From NCBI GenBank assembly GCA_964016885.1, contig OZ024745.1, positions 63,364,001 to 63,428,000 of the forward strand: DNA of 64,000 bases, read 5' to 3'. This document shows positions 25,130 to 36,900 of the stretch, piece after piece. The stretch comes from Eledone cirrhosa. Lineage: Eukaryota. Every line of letters begins with the position of its first letter. Position 1 is the stretch's first letter. The notes below the pieces were generated by a model. That model ran no database searches. It saw nothing but the letters and a program-made list of their open reading frames with translations, and had not been told where the DNA came from. The position numbers and the translations under genes are program-made.

Positions 25130-25166
25130 TACCTGATGACGGTCTCAGGCAGAAACGCGTTCGTAG
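25130..25166 (+). ncRNA. Hammerhead-like motif
   Basis: UAC-CUGAUGA-C-GGUCUCAGGC-A-GAAAC-GC-GUU-CGUA. Palindromic stem III ACGCGU; weak stem II. Confidence 0.55.
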
Positions 25167-26162
25167 TTATCCCCTGCTGCTTTTTCTGGAATCCGGTAGA
25201 CGGTGCAAGCCGTCAGCTTTTTAATATCCATAGCTTTCCAAATGTTTATTCGTAAACATACCGTATATCATTAGAAATACAAAATTCACATACTTATATG
25301 TATACAGCTATGTCGAAGCGAAAACTTTAATTTTATATATATACTAGCATTAAAGCCGGGCGTTGCTCGGGGTCAGTAAGTTACCAAAGTTAGGTTGCAC
25401 CACCAATTTTATGGCAGCACTTTTTTGTCTGCCAGGCACTGGTTGAATGAATTGCAAACCTTCACTGCCGAAGCAGGAGCTGCGCCAGCAGTGACAATTG
25501 TAGTTTCGCCTATTGATATTATCTCTGTGCAAAGAAGTGTTCAAATGTATTGTTTCACAGTACTTGCGCAACACACGCGTAGACGATGCAAGCCGAACAA
25601 CAGAGCTGCGATGGAGTTGTTCTGCATGACATGTTTTAACGGGGGACGGGGTGGATTGAGGGAACCGCAAACAGGGGCCTGAAAACATTGTCGAATTATG
25701 ACAACCAAAAAAGAGGAAGAGGGTCATTGTATGGTTGGTGCATCATGTACGTCGGACGTAGAAGATGAGCCTGCTGCTGTGCCGACGGAGGGAGGGAAAT
25801 AGAGCTGAGCGGAGGCCAGGTGTTGGTGAAGTGTGAAGTAATTGCAGGGAACCGCCTAAAAATGTAAATCCCGTCATTAAAGCATTGTTCACCCTTTGAG
25901 AGTCGTACGGAGGTGAAATACTAACCAGTCCACGGTCCTCCGAGGCCCACCAAACTGGGGTTGGTGAGGAGCAACAGCTGATATTTGAGTAGGGTCGGAG
26001 TTGCAATGAAGCTTTGTAACGCCGCGAGAATCAGCCTTTGTACGGAAGATGGTGGGGAGTGTTCAGTGAACTGCAGTGAAGGTTAACCTACTTCGAAAGT
26101 ACTCACGAAAAGGCAAAAAATAAAAAAATTAAAAAGTTATAAAATTAGGAATCGAGGTAATC

Positions 26163-29100
26163 CTATAAAACCTCGTTGTACACAATGTTTTTTTGTTTTT
26201 CCTTGCGGAACGAACGCGAAATCATCACTCTTGCTGCCGACACGCGAGCAGCCAACGTAAAGCTGACCATGAGAGAAACACGGCTCCCCCAAATGTATTC
26301 CCGCGACAGACAGTGTTTGCCCCTGCGCTTTGTTAATTGACATTGCGAAGCATGGCCTGACCGGGAACTGGGATCTCCGAAATGTGAAAGGTAGGTCTGC
26401 ACCTGATGGGAAAAGATGCATCCTCGGTATGAGCACAATCTTTCCCCGACCGCACCCTGTGATTATTCTGGCCTCAATCATATTGGGAGCTAAGGACTTA
26501 ACGACCAAACGAGTGCCATTGCATTGTTTCGGTGGAACCAAATTTTGAATGAGCATTATAGGGGCACCAAATTTAAGTTTCAAAATGTGTGGGGGTAATC
26601 CGGGGGGCTCAAAGGAATTTAGTACCTCTATTGGATAGTTGATGACGTACTCGGGGTCAGGAGTTCTATCGATAGACTTATATACGTAGCCATCCCCAGG
26701 AATGAGTTTTAGCATTTGATCATTAATATGGTTAACAATTTTATTCCTCGGGGCCAGAATAGCCCTTTGGGCAAGTCAATCCATATTCTGATAATTTGCT
26801 TGGAGATCTGGGAACACTGCATCCCTGATATCAGAAGGCGTACTAACAACAGTACAAAGTGAGTCGATGGCAATATTACCCTTTTCATCCCCGGGCATTT
26901 TGCTTTCGCCAAGTGCGAAAATGCTGCTGATGCGATATCACCTCGCATATGAGCACGCATGTTAGTGTGAAGTTTCAGAGTCTTCACCAGGGGCCACAAT
27001 GCAGATGACTTAAGACACGCACGTACTGCATCAGCTCTAGTCCCCTTAGGAATAACGGGAAGCGTTTGCCTGAAGTCCCCTGAAAGAAGAAGTGTTATGC
27101 CTCCCATTGGAGCCGTAGAGTCTTTGATGTCTCTCAGAGTTCTATCTAGCGCCTCAAGAGCACCTCTGTGGGCCATCGTGCATTCGTCCCAAACGATAAG
27201 CTTGCATCGTCTGAACACTTCTGCCTGATCGGAGCTCTTACTGATGTTGTAAGTGGGTGTCTCAGTCTTCGCTAAGTCAAGCGGGAGCTTGAAATAGGAG
27301 TGAGCTGTCCTGCCGCCCGGCAACAAAGTAGCCGCAATTCCAGATGATGCCACAGCTAAGGCAATGCCTTCTGTTCGCCTAATCTCAGCTAATATTAATT
27401 TGGTGACAAAAGTTTTCCCAGTTCCCCCAGGAGCGTCCAGGAAAAAAATCCCCGCAGCTTTGCCCCAGACAGAATAAACAACGGAGTTGTAAGCGAATTT
27501 CTGTTCTGAAAGGAGCTTTGGCTCATTCTTCGCTATGTACTGGGCAAGCTCATCAACATTATAAGATGTCTCACGCAGCAAATCCGAAGACAGAGTGTTT
27601 GCGCCTTCCCGGTTTGTTGAAGGTAGGCCATACACTGCCAACGCACTACCGCCCATATCGAGAACAGTATCTTCGATTTCAAGCAGCGCCCTGTTGTAAA
27701 TGAGGTCACTGTACCCGACCTCCATCGATGGGTTTAGCAACTGAGCATGACGCAGGAAATCTTCAGACATGTAATCTTTGTAGCTAAGCCATAAAGAGGC
27801 CGGATCACCCAAGTCGCACCATAGGAGTAGAATAGCGAAAATCGATCTTAGTCTTTTAGGAGATTTCAACAAAACGCCCTCTGCCATAGTGGCGCCCCAT
27901 TGTGAATCATCCTCCAAAAAGCCACGCCTAAAGCAGGCTTCCCGGAAAGTATCACACAATTCACCGTCAACAGTGCTTATGTCTCGAAAGCTTTGTGAGC
28001 CAAAAACCTCATGGAAGAGAAGGCGCAGGTGAAAACACTCATGCTGGTTGGGAGGAACAGTGTACACTCTTCCTAGACAACTGTCAAACTTGACACCAGG
28101 ATGTCCTTCAACATCCTGACCTGACTTTCTACGCACCCAAGTGTTGTTTGACCACACGTAATAGGACGGGACCTGAGGATATGAAAGTGTTTTGCAAATG
28201 TGTCAAGCTGGCAAAGCGTAAAAGAAACAGTCAAAGTTGTTTCTTTTGGATTGGCCGCCAAATGAGCAGCAGTCTGTTCAGTAAAGTAAGCCCGCTGGCC
28301 GTTTTCCAAATGAACCGCTAGTTGTATGATGGCGGGGTGCCTTTGGTGAAGTGTAAACCCGAATATCCGCTAAAAAGCTTCCCACTGCTGATATATCGAC
28401 CTGCCAAGTACTCCGAGACCTCGTCCCTGCTATTGTCGTTTTGACGGCCAAACATGGCAGCGTCGGAACTCTTGTTAACATATTTACATATGTACTTTAT
28501 CGACTTCGCTGAATGACAGAACTCCACATTTATATGAGCCTTGAAAGTTTTCATCAAAAATGGACAGTACGGGACCACCCACCTATTATCAACTTGATGA
28601 CCCCGTAACGTCATTGTGAATGCACCGTTCTCAGGCCGCCTTCGTCTGTACAGTGGATATCCGTCGCCGCCGTTCTGGGTCTCCTCAACAAACCTCTTTG
28701 GGTATCGTTTAGTGCACACATGGTCCTTGTGGCATGAAGAGAACTCTTGAAAACCGGGACCGCACGGACCGTGCACCATGTGTGCCTTCACATGGTCGTA
28801 TAGCTGCCGGTCAACAACGGGGTCCGGTATTTCCGCTGCGATGACGTCATCTATAACTGTAGGGTCTATTTTGGTGACCAACCAAACCAAAATTTGCGCG
28901 TGTGGCGACCCTCTCTTCTGCCACTCAACAGTATACATGTGGCACCAAACAGGCCCGAAAACCTTCCCTTTTTTTATTAGATCAATTACCTTAGCCAGCT
29001 TCTGCCTGAAAACCCTGGCAATAAGATCATGCGGATGGCAGTACTGCTGCCCTGGGATAAGTTCCCGCGTAACCTCAACCCACTTGGGGTTACATGTAAA

Positions 29101-30965
29101 CGTGATGAATAAATCGGGGCGCCCATAATGCCGAACGAACGTCATAGCGTCCTGTGTTCGCTCGTGTATGTACCCCCCCCCGTATAGGTTGAGGGGAGAA
29201 TGCACATTTTGCCGATGTTCCGGGGGTCAGTGTCATTCCTGATGCCGCCACGCAAATGGATGTAGGAGTCTGAGCAGCTGCTTCTGATTCGATTTTATGA
29301 ACCACAGTCTCTCCGACTCCATCTTTGCAGCCATGTCAACTGCAAACTGGTGAAACAGTTCCCGTGACCTGTGCAGGGTGCTGAAATCGTTAGGCCTCGT
29401 CATGAAGCGGTATGAGTATAAAGCCATGCATGAAACAGTTTTAGATGTCGCAGCAGTGGGCTCGTTTGATTTGCGCTGAGGAATGCCGAAATGGTACCCG
29501 ACTTCTCCGTATGCAAAAATAAGGGGATACTGCAGGGCGTCGTATGAACGATGCGTCTCATTAATACGTCGAAGACCACTGTCACGACTTTGAAGAACTA
29601 TGTCTCGCTTATTGTGCTGTTCACCATGGATAACTACGGCCCCTTCATTTCACGAAGAAGCGTTATAACGGCGTGCGTGCTCCCCAGAAGGTCTTTTGTC
29701 AGCATCGAAGACAATGGTGAAGTTTGGTGAAGGATTTGTTTCCAATGCGTATTTGAAACTGCGAATATAACTGTTGTGCTCATGAAGCATGTTTTGAAGA
29801 CCGAGCAGCACGTCCATTTCAAAAGTGTCAGCGTCAGTGTTTGCAGGTGTTGGAATAACGCCGAACCGCGCATCAACTTGCCTACTGTAGTTAGAAATGA
29901 AGTAAATTTGAAGGAACGAAGGCTTGCAATTTTGTAGTGGCTGGAGCGACCCAATAAGATGGTACACCTGCCCCTGAACCTTGAAAGTAGGCATCCAACC
30001 ACTTTCTCTGATAACGTTAGCCCCGAAAGAAGTCATTTGAAACGCACAATTGTACTTCCTGATGAGTTGAAGGAATTTGGATGACATTGAGTTAGAACTA
30101 GTAAGGCTCTGGCGGTAAACCTCAAAGGCAGTAAACCTCAAAGGCTCTGGTGGTTCCCCAAGAGGGGGCAAGCTGACCTTACCGTTTAAGCAGCACATTG
30201 CAGGTGGCTCCCCAGCCCACTTTTTAGCATTGCAGAATTTGCAATTGAAGCGCATTTCCCCTATATTTATGTCGGCACGCATCGAGTAGTTAACGTTGGG
30301 CTCATACTTGAAAGCCCATAGGAGCCAATATGGGCTGTTGGGGCCCGCCACACCGCGGGCAGCTTCTTGTCGTCGACTATTCCGCTCCAACGTAGAATGT
30401 TGCTCCTGTGGGTCGTGGGAAGCTTTCGCAGCAGTAGCAGAAGCCACCCTTGCAATCCTAATGGAGCGCCCGTCTGCATCTTCAGAAGCCATGGAAGCAT
30501 TCATAGCCGCAGCGTTCCTAGCAAGGCGATTCGTCCGCCGTTCCAAACCTTCCAAAGTCCTGGAAGCAGCAGTAGCCGCAACGTTTCTAGTCAGTCGATC
30601 CGCCCTTTGTGCCAGGGCCTCTGAAGCCCTGGAAGCACCAGTAGCAGCAGCGTTTCTATTCAGGCGAGTCGACCTTTGTTCCGGGCCCTCTGAAGCCCTA
30701 GAAGTAGCAGTAGAAGCGTTTTGTTTTGGGAATGACGTATCGCCCGCTCTGAATCGCACATCGCAGCACGTCTCGAGGCGTCGTATGAAGCCATCTTGGC
30801 TAGGCATGCGGTGCGTTGTTGAAAACTTTCAGCAGCTATGCATTTCGCTGAACGTAAGGCGCTCTGTGAAAGTCTGAAAGCAGTTTCCTCGAGGGACTCG
30901 TTTGCTGTAATCGCCTTCTGCGCCGCCGCTGACGCAGTATGGCGACTTCTCTTTTTAGGTGGCAT
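26163..30965 (-). pseudogene. Helitron RepHel (STPR-like repeats, Zn finger, HUH Rep, PIF1 helicase), multiple frameshifts
   Basis: MPPKKRSRH start; CKFC..CC; PDLFITFTCNP; VEWQKRGSPHAQILVW (HUH mutated); KYICKYVNK; DAPGGTGKT; WDECTM; GDFRQTLPV; QFPVRPCFAMSINKAQGQTL; HGQLYVGCSRV. Confidence 0.95.
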
Positions 30966-31072
30966 TTTATGTGAAAAAGAAAGGGTGAAAGTTACTTCTA
31001 CAGCAAAATTGCCTTTGAAAGTATAAGGCTGAAAACTCTGCGTTCCGCAGGGGAAAAAATGGGAGAGCGAAC

Positions 31073-31562
31073 GGCAAATAAATAACTCACAGTTTGTTGA
31101 AAGCGCGCTTCTGTCAACAATTTGAAGTTGTTTGGCCAAAAATCCCTATGTGGTTTTTTTTTTCACTCAATAAACGTGAAAATATGTTATACACAAAATG
31201 TAATTGTGTGTGAGTTTGATTATAGATGTTTTAAAAAAAGATGTTAAGCATATATAAGAGAAGGTTGCAGCATGTATTTTTTTTTTCGATTTTTAAGTGG
31301 AGTAGAGAGAGGAAATTATTTCCGTAATTGTGGGTGATTTTGAAATAAATAAATAGTCGTTGACCTAAGTTAGACCATTTACAACATTCTAACAGGCAAA
31401 TAAATAACTCACAGTTTGTTTAAAGCGCGCTTCTGTCAGCAATGTGAAGTTGTTTGGCCAAAAATCCCTATGTGGTTTTTTTTTCACTCGATAAATGTGT
31501 AAATATGTTATACACAAAATCTAATTGTGTGTGAGTTGGATTATAGATGTTTTAAAAAAAGA
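31073..31562. repeat. ~170-bp direct duplication in the Helitron 5' region
   Basis: GGCAAATAAATAACTCACAGTTTG...GTTTTAAAAAAAGAT at ~31073-31242 and ~31394-31563. Confidence 0.85.
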
Positions 31563-31838
31563 TTTGTCGCTATTTTTCTAGTTGTTGAATAAATTTATCT
31601 GTTGCTTTTGAATAATTGTAGTTTGGTATAAAATGTAAGCGTCATGTATTTAACGTTTGTGTCTGTCTCTCACTCTCTGGCTACCTCCTTTATTTTTTTC
31701 TCTCTCTCTAAAGGAAATCATTAAGGAGTGGGTTTATAAGCGTATATAAGAGAAGGTTGCAGCATGTATGGGACTTAGGGAGAGGGAAACAGATTGTATT
31801 AGAGGGGTAAAGCGTCATGTATTTAGTTTTATCGATTA

Positions 31839-32751
31839 CTAGCAGTAAAGCCCGGCGTTGCTCGGGGTCGCTCAGTAGCTGTGTTAAAGTTACAATGTTA
31901 AGTTTCTTTCTTGGCTTAAAAACTGTAGTGTCTACTGTGCAGACTTGCATGTGGTATTTTTGATTAATATTCCCTCAACCAACAATATGCCTTATGAAGT
32001 TAAGAAAACATAACGATAACCCGAATGTTATAACAAAAGAGGATGATGGGGATAGAAACTGCACTGGTTATTTATTAACAAAGATCGAAAATGTAAACAC
32101 TGCAACGCAGAGAAAAACATTAGCGTAACCAAATGATCAGTTATGTCTGTCTGCACGCCTATATCACCTCTCTGCACGACTGTCTGTCTGCACGCCTATA
32201 TCACCTCTCTGCACGACTGTCTGTCTGCACGCCTATATCACCTCTCTGCACGACTGTCTGTCTGCACGCCTATATCACCTCTCTGCACGACTGTCTGTCT
32301 GCACGACTGTCTGTCTGCACGCCTAACGACGAAATATTTGCTTCTTTTACGTAGTCTTTAAATAGACTTGTTTTCAAGTAAAAATATTGTTTTAAAATGC
32401 TTTTAAATGGAAATGAAGCAAAACGGAAGCCTAGTGTTCGAACTGATGAATTTTGCAGGTCAATATTTTGCTGGCTCGACAACTGTTAAAGCCAGCGTAA
32501 TTTTTTACGTAAGACGCTCAATGTAAACAGAACAAAGGGAAATAACTGATAACTTACGCTCAAAAGTCGATACATTATATTCGATTTCGTCACATAGGGT
32601 GGGTCAATTTGAAATTTTTTTTTTCCGATGTCTTCGCTAGGGCTCAATGTACAAGTATAGCAATTTCGGTGCAATTCCGTGAGAGATTCTAAGAGGAGAT
32701 GTGTGCCAAAATCGATAGACAGACAGACAACCACAGTTTTATATATATAGA
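31839..32751 (-). mobile_element. Non-autonomous Helitron nested in the large Helitron
   Basis: Minus: A|TCTATATATATAAAAC...CCCGAGCAACGCCGGG..GCTAG|T, no TSD. The rejoined flanks ATTATTTCCGTAATTGTGGG match the uninterrupted paralog at ~31315. Confidence 0.85.
32144..32324. repeat. 37-bp minisatellite, 4 full copies plus partials
   Basis: Unit TGTCTGTCTGCACGCCTATATCACCTCTCTGCACGAC, contiguous with no spacers. Confidence 0.95.
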
Positions 32752-32922
32752 TTTCCGTAATTGTGGGTGAGTTTGAAAAAAATAAATAGTCGTTGACCTA
32801 AGTTGGACCATTTACAGCATTCTTACAGACGTTGAGTGGAATCGATTTGAAATTGTGCAAATGTATAAACATGGCACATGCACACACACGCAACAACAAC
32901 AATCTGCCTTTTATAGATAATG

Positions 32923-33032
<110 letters not shown>

Positions 33033-33890
33033 AAATCAAGAAGCAGGCGAAATATATTTTGTAATAAATGTCAATTTTTGAATACGTGGTAATTTTCAAT
33101 ATGTTAGTGGGTCTTTCCCTTTTAATGTAGCTCCCTTTCCAAATACCTTTTCCTTTTCTGAAGATTATAATGAAGTTGTAAAATTAAGATTTATTTTAAT
33201 AGATTTAGTTATTGATTTCTTCTACTATATCTTTTACATTAATTACCTTCAAAACATGCTTATAATAAGCACTTTATTAATATATCGCACAAAAAATGTA
33301 ATGTGATGTGCTTAACAAACATTTACCTTATATATATAAATATATATGAATATTGGTGTAATAATGTATGTAAGATGAGTAGAGTTGATAGTGTTACTAC
33401 ACGTATCAAATAATATTTGCATCAATAGAAAACTTAAGAAATTTTATTTTTTATATCTTAATATCGTTTAAGGAAAATTATCACTCAATAATCAGAAATA
33501 TTTTAGATATAGCAACAATAAATGACCCTTGAAAATGAGGTCAAAACTGATGGCATAAATGAGTATGGGCTTTTAAATTCAAAGCAATGTTTTTCATCTC
33601 ATAATTGTCTATGATTTATTGAAGCAATTTACAATCAAATACACCTAGATTTGACTTAGCCGTATGATACACCTTTTGAGTTAATGATATCATTATTTTC
33701 TGAGGAGAAATTTACGAACGACGCATCGTATATTGTCATACTCACTGATGTATCAGCTGTTTCTTTTAATCTCTCCGTAAAGATGTCTTCTCTAGTCTAG
33801 GCATCTAAAGATCAAAGTCTCATATCCAATTATTAACAATATTATACTGGATAACAACGTCTGCATTCTGATTTAAATTAATAGACATAT

Positions 33891-33967
<77 letters not shown>

Positions 33968-36900
33968 GGGGGGGGTATGTTACATTGCTACATAAAGAAT
34001 AGAGAGTGAACTCAATACGTGTTACTTCTTGAGCAAAGTTCTATTGTAAATTGAATTGTCAAATGACTTACATGGATTCTGTGATTTCTGAAAGTTTATT
34101 ATACGTCATTGAACCATCCCAATGCTTTCAAAGATGTATAAACACACATAAACGCACAAATATATAGATACATATACATTTGGTTGTCGTAAAGCAGTTA
34201 CATAGGAAGCGAACTCGATAATTCCCGTTGGCCTATATGACTATGTCAATGAATCGATTTAAATATCCGAATATAATTTCTCTCCTGGTGTAATCACATG
34301 ACCAGTGAGCTCTCTTGTTGATAAACTAAGTGACCTACTGCTATAATCAGCCGCCACTCGCCTATTTATCCGATAGCCCGTTTCCTTCCTGGCAACTGTA
34401 GGTTTCAGGCGTACCACTGGCGTCAGTGTTACGTAGTATTATTTGACTTGTTTGGTTACCTGTTGATAAAACCCCATATTCCGAGTTTGCCGATAATCTG
34501 TTTTCAACAATAGTGGTTGGAAATTTTTTTTCGAGAGTTGAAACTAAAATATTTTGGTAAATGTGATGATGAATCTATGAATATCTCAAACATTTCTTGT
34601 TGAATTCTTGGAATTCTTATGTCTCTTATATTTCTTCGGTATTTAGAGTCCGATCCATTTTCTAGTAATAGTTGTTGCACCTTATGGTGACGACATAATC
34701 TTTGATGATACTTATGCCCCCATAGCCAACATGATTTGTAGCATTGGGTTCATAATTTTATTTGATTAACGTATAAAAGTCTACGCTGAGATACTTTTAA
34801 AATTTCATTTTTCATATTGTCTTTTTCATCTTGTCTTTATACATTCAAACATTTATACATTTGCTCCGTGCCTTTACCTGTTCGATAATCCATTTATAAA
34901 TTGATTGGTTTTTTTATTCACGTTTATGTTGGTTGAATGAAGTTGGCTTCGAAGTTGTTGTTTAATTGATATTTATTTCCTTAAGGATTATGTATTAAAA
35001 TTAACCTTATATATACAAATAAATGTTGTAAATGTTTCCTACATATTTCAATTTGCTTTCTCTGTTGTCTTTTATAATAAGATCTCAATAAAATTGCATA
35101 AGATACAAACGCCATGGTCAACTTTGCATTGTCTCTAATAGATCTGAATCATTTTGTCTATGTTGCTTTGTCATTAAAATTGCTGTTATGAATATCTTGA
35201 TACACATTCGTTTTTTTTCCTGGTATAATCATGTAATTCGTATATACAATTCTCGTTTTCAGTAAGAAATATTATCTATTCAATGTACTTAAGATATTTC
35301 GAGGTGATATGGCAAATATATATCGAAACATCAAAGTATGCACGTAAATATAGTTCAGTTTCATTTACAGAAATATTACAAGATTTACCCTGAAGTTATA
35401 ACCAGTTATATTGACGTGACGTCTGATTAAAAACAATTCCCCAGGCAAAATATTAGTTGCAGGAAATTTTCACTGGTAAGGATTTTAATATTTCTCATGC
35501 CGTTTTTTATGTGCTGGGGAAAGAAGCCATATTATAAAGTCAGTGCCACTTCAAATAATATATCTAGAATATAATATAGTTCCTAATAAATGCACCTAAT
35601 GTATCATTTTCATAACATAAATTGGATTGTATTAGGATGACGCTTCTGCCTCAATTTCTTATCATTCGCTTCACAAACAACTTAAAATATAAGAGAAACT
35701 CCTAAGTCCCGGTGCTCGACTCCTTTGGACGGGCAATGCAGTGAAAAAAGACTAAACGTTAGCATGCAGGTATGAGATTTGTGGAAATGAATGAACTCAC
35801 AACAATTTCTTTCGACATTTGTATTCATAGCTATGTAAGGAATAATTATTTGATAGTGGAGGACGTAAATACAAGATAAATGGTACATAATTCAGTCTGA
35901 TGCCGTTCTAAGAAAAGCATTTTATTGACAAATTGGTCCGTCTACTTATCGAAAACCACCAACGAATATTTATACCACATCTAACTGGGAAGCCTGACTA
36001 CAAAAAGTCCACTGTGTTATAGAGGAGAGCTTTCAAGTTCAATGATGAAAATGTTTCACAATCCACGAAGCGGAATTACATAAACAGCTTTTGAATATTC
36101 GTCAGTCGTCAAAAGTTTCTACTATTTAAACAAAAGATGGCGTATATTTATTTAGTGCGAAACAGTTTTCTGAGGTATTCATTGATTGTTTGTATGTATT
36201 TGCATTTTCTTGTATATATAAACATATTAGAGAGTCAGTTGTCTATGTGATATATATTGAATAGTTATGCCAGTAAAATGAATTAGTCATACCAGATCTT
36301 ATTTCGTCTCCACTAAAGAATAGCAACTACATTTCAGTCACCATATTTGCCACAGGTATATAACAGTCTTTGAATAATTATCTTCAGTGCTTGATTCAAA
36401 GTTGGCAAAATATATTTAAATATGAATACTATCTTTCCATGTATATTTAGTATGTGCTGGCCAAATTATATTGGTAGCGAATGAGGATGCTAATAGTTGA
36501 ACCAGTTGTCAGATTTAAGCTAACCACTGAGTTCATAGAAAATAAATGAGCATTTGTCAGTTCTATTTAATATATCTAGAGCTGTCTACGAATGAGCATG
36601 ATATATTTCGATTTAAATAGAGGCTTTGAAGTGACACCGATTTCCCTCTCCGTTACTTGATTTTAGATTTAAAAAACGTTCTGATTTTTACATATATTGC
36701 ATGTATGTGATCATACCCTACTACTAAGAACTAGGTTTAACAGTATACTGAAAGGTAAATTTGAACAAATTAAACTATATTAAAAATGACATACTAAGAC
36801 ACGGTAAACAGTCGAAACTTGATATGAGAATATATTGACTAAGCAATCCTTATCACAGTTCGGCTTTATTTACAGTTAAATTTGAACACGCCTACGTCTA

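Noticed and set aside
25200-25343. Additional Helitron 5' end abutting the CTAG
   Set aside because: It lacks TC and a matching 3' hairpin; better explained as the (TA)n target tract following a PLE-like terminus.
32144-32324. 37-bp repeats resembling a CRISPR array
   Set aside because: The units are contiguous with no unique spacers, there are no cas genes, and the context is eukaryotic; it is a minisatellite inside a Helitron.
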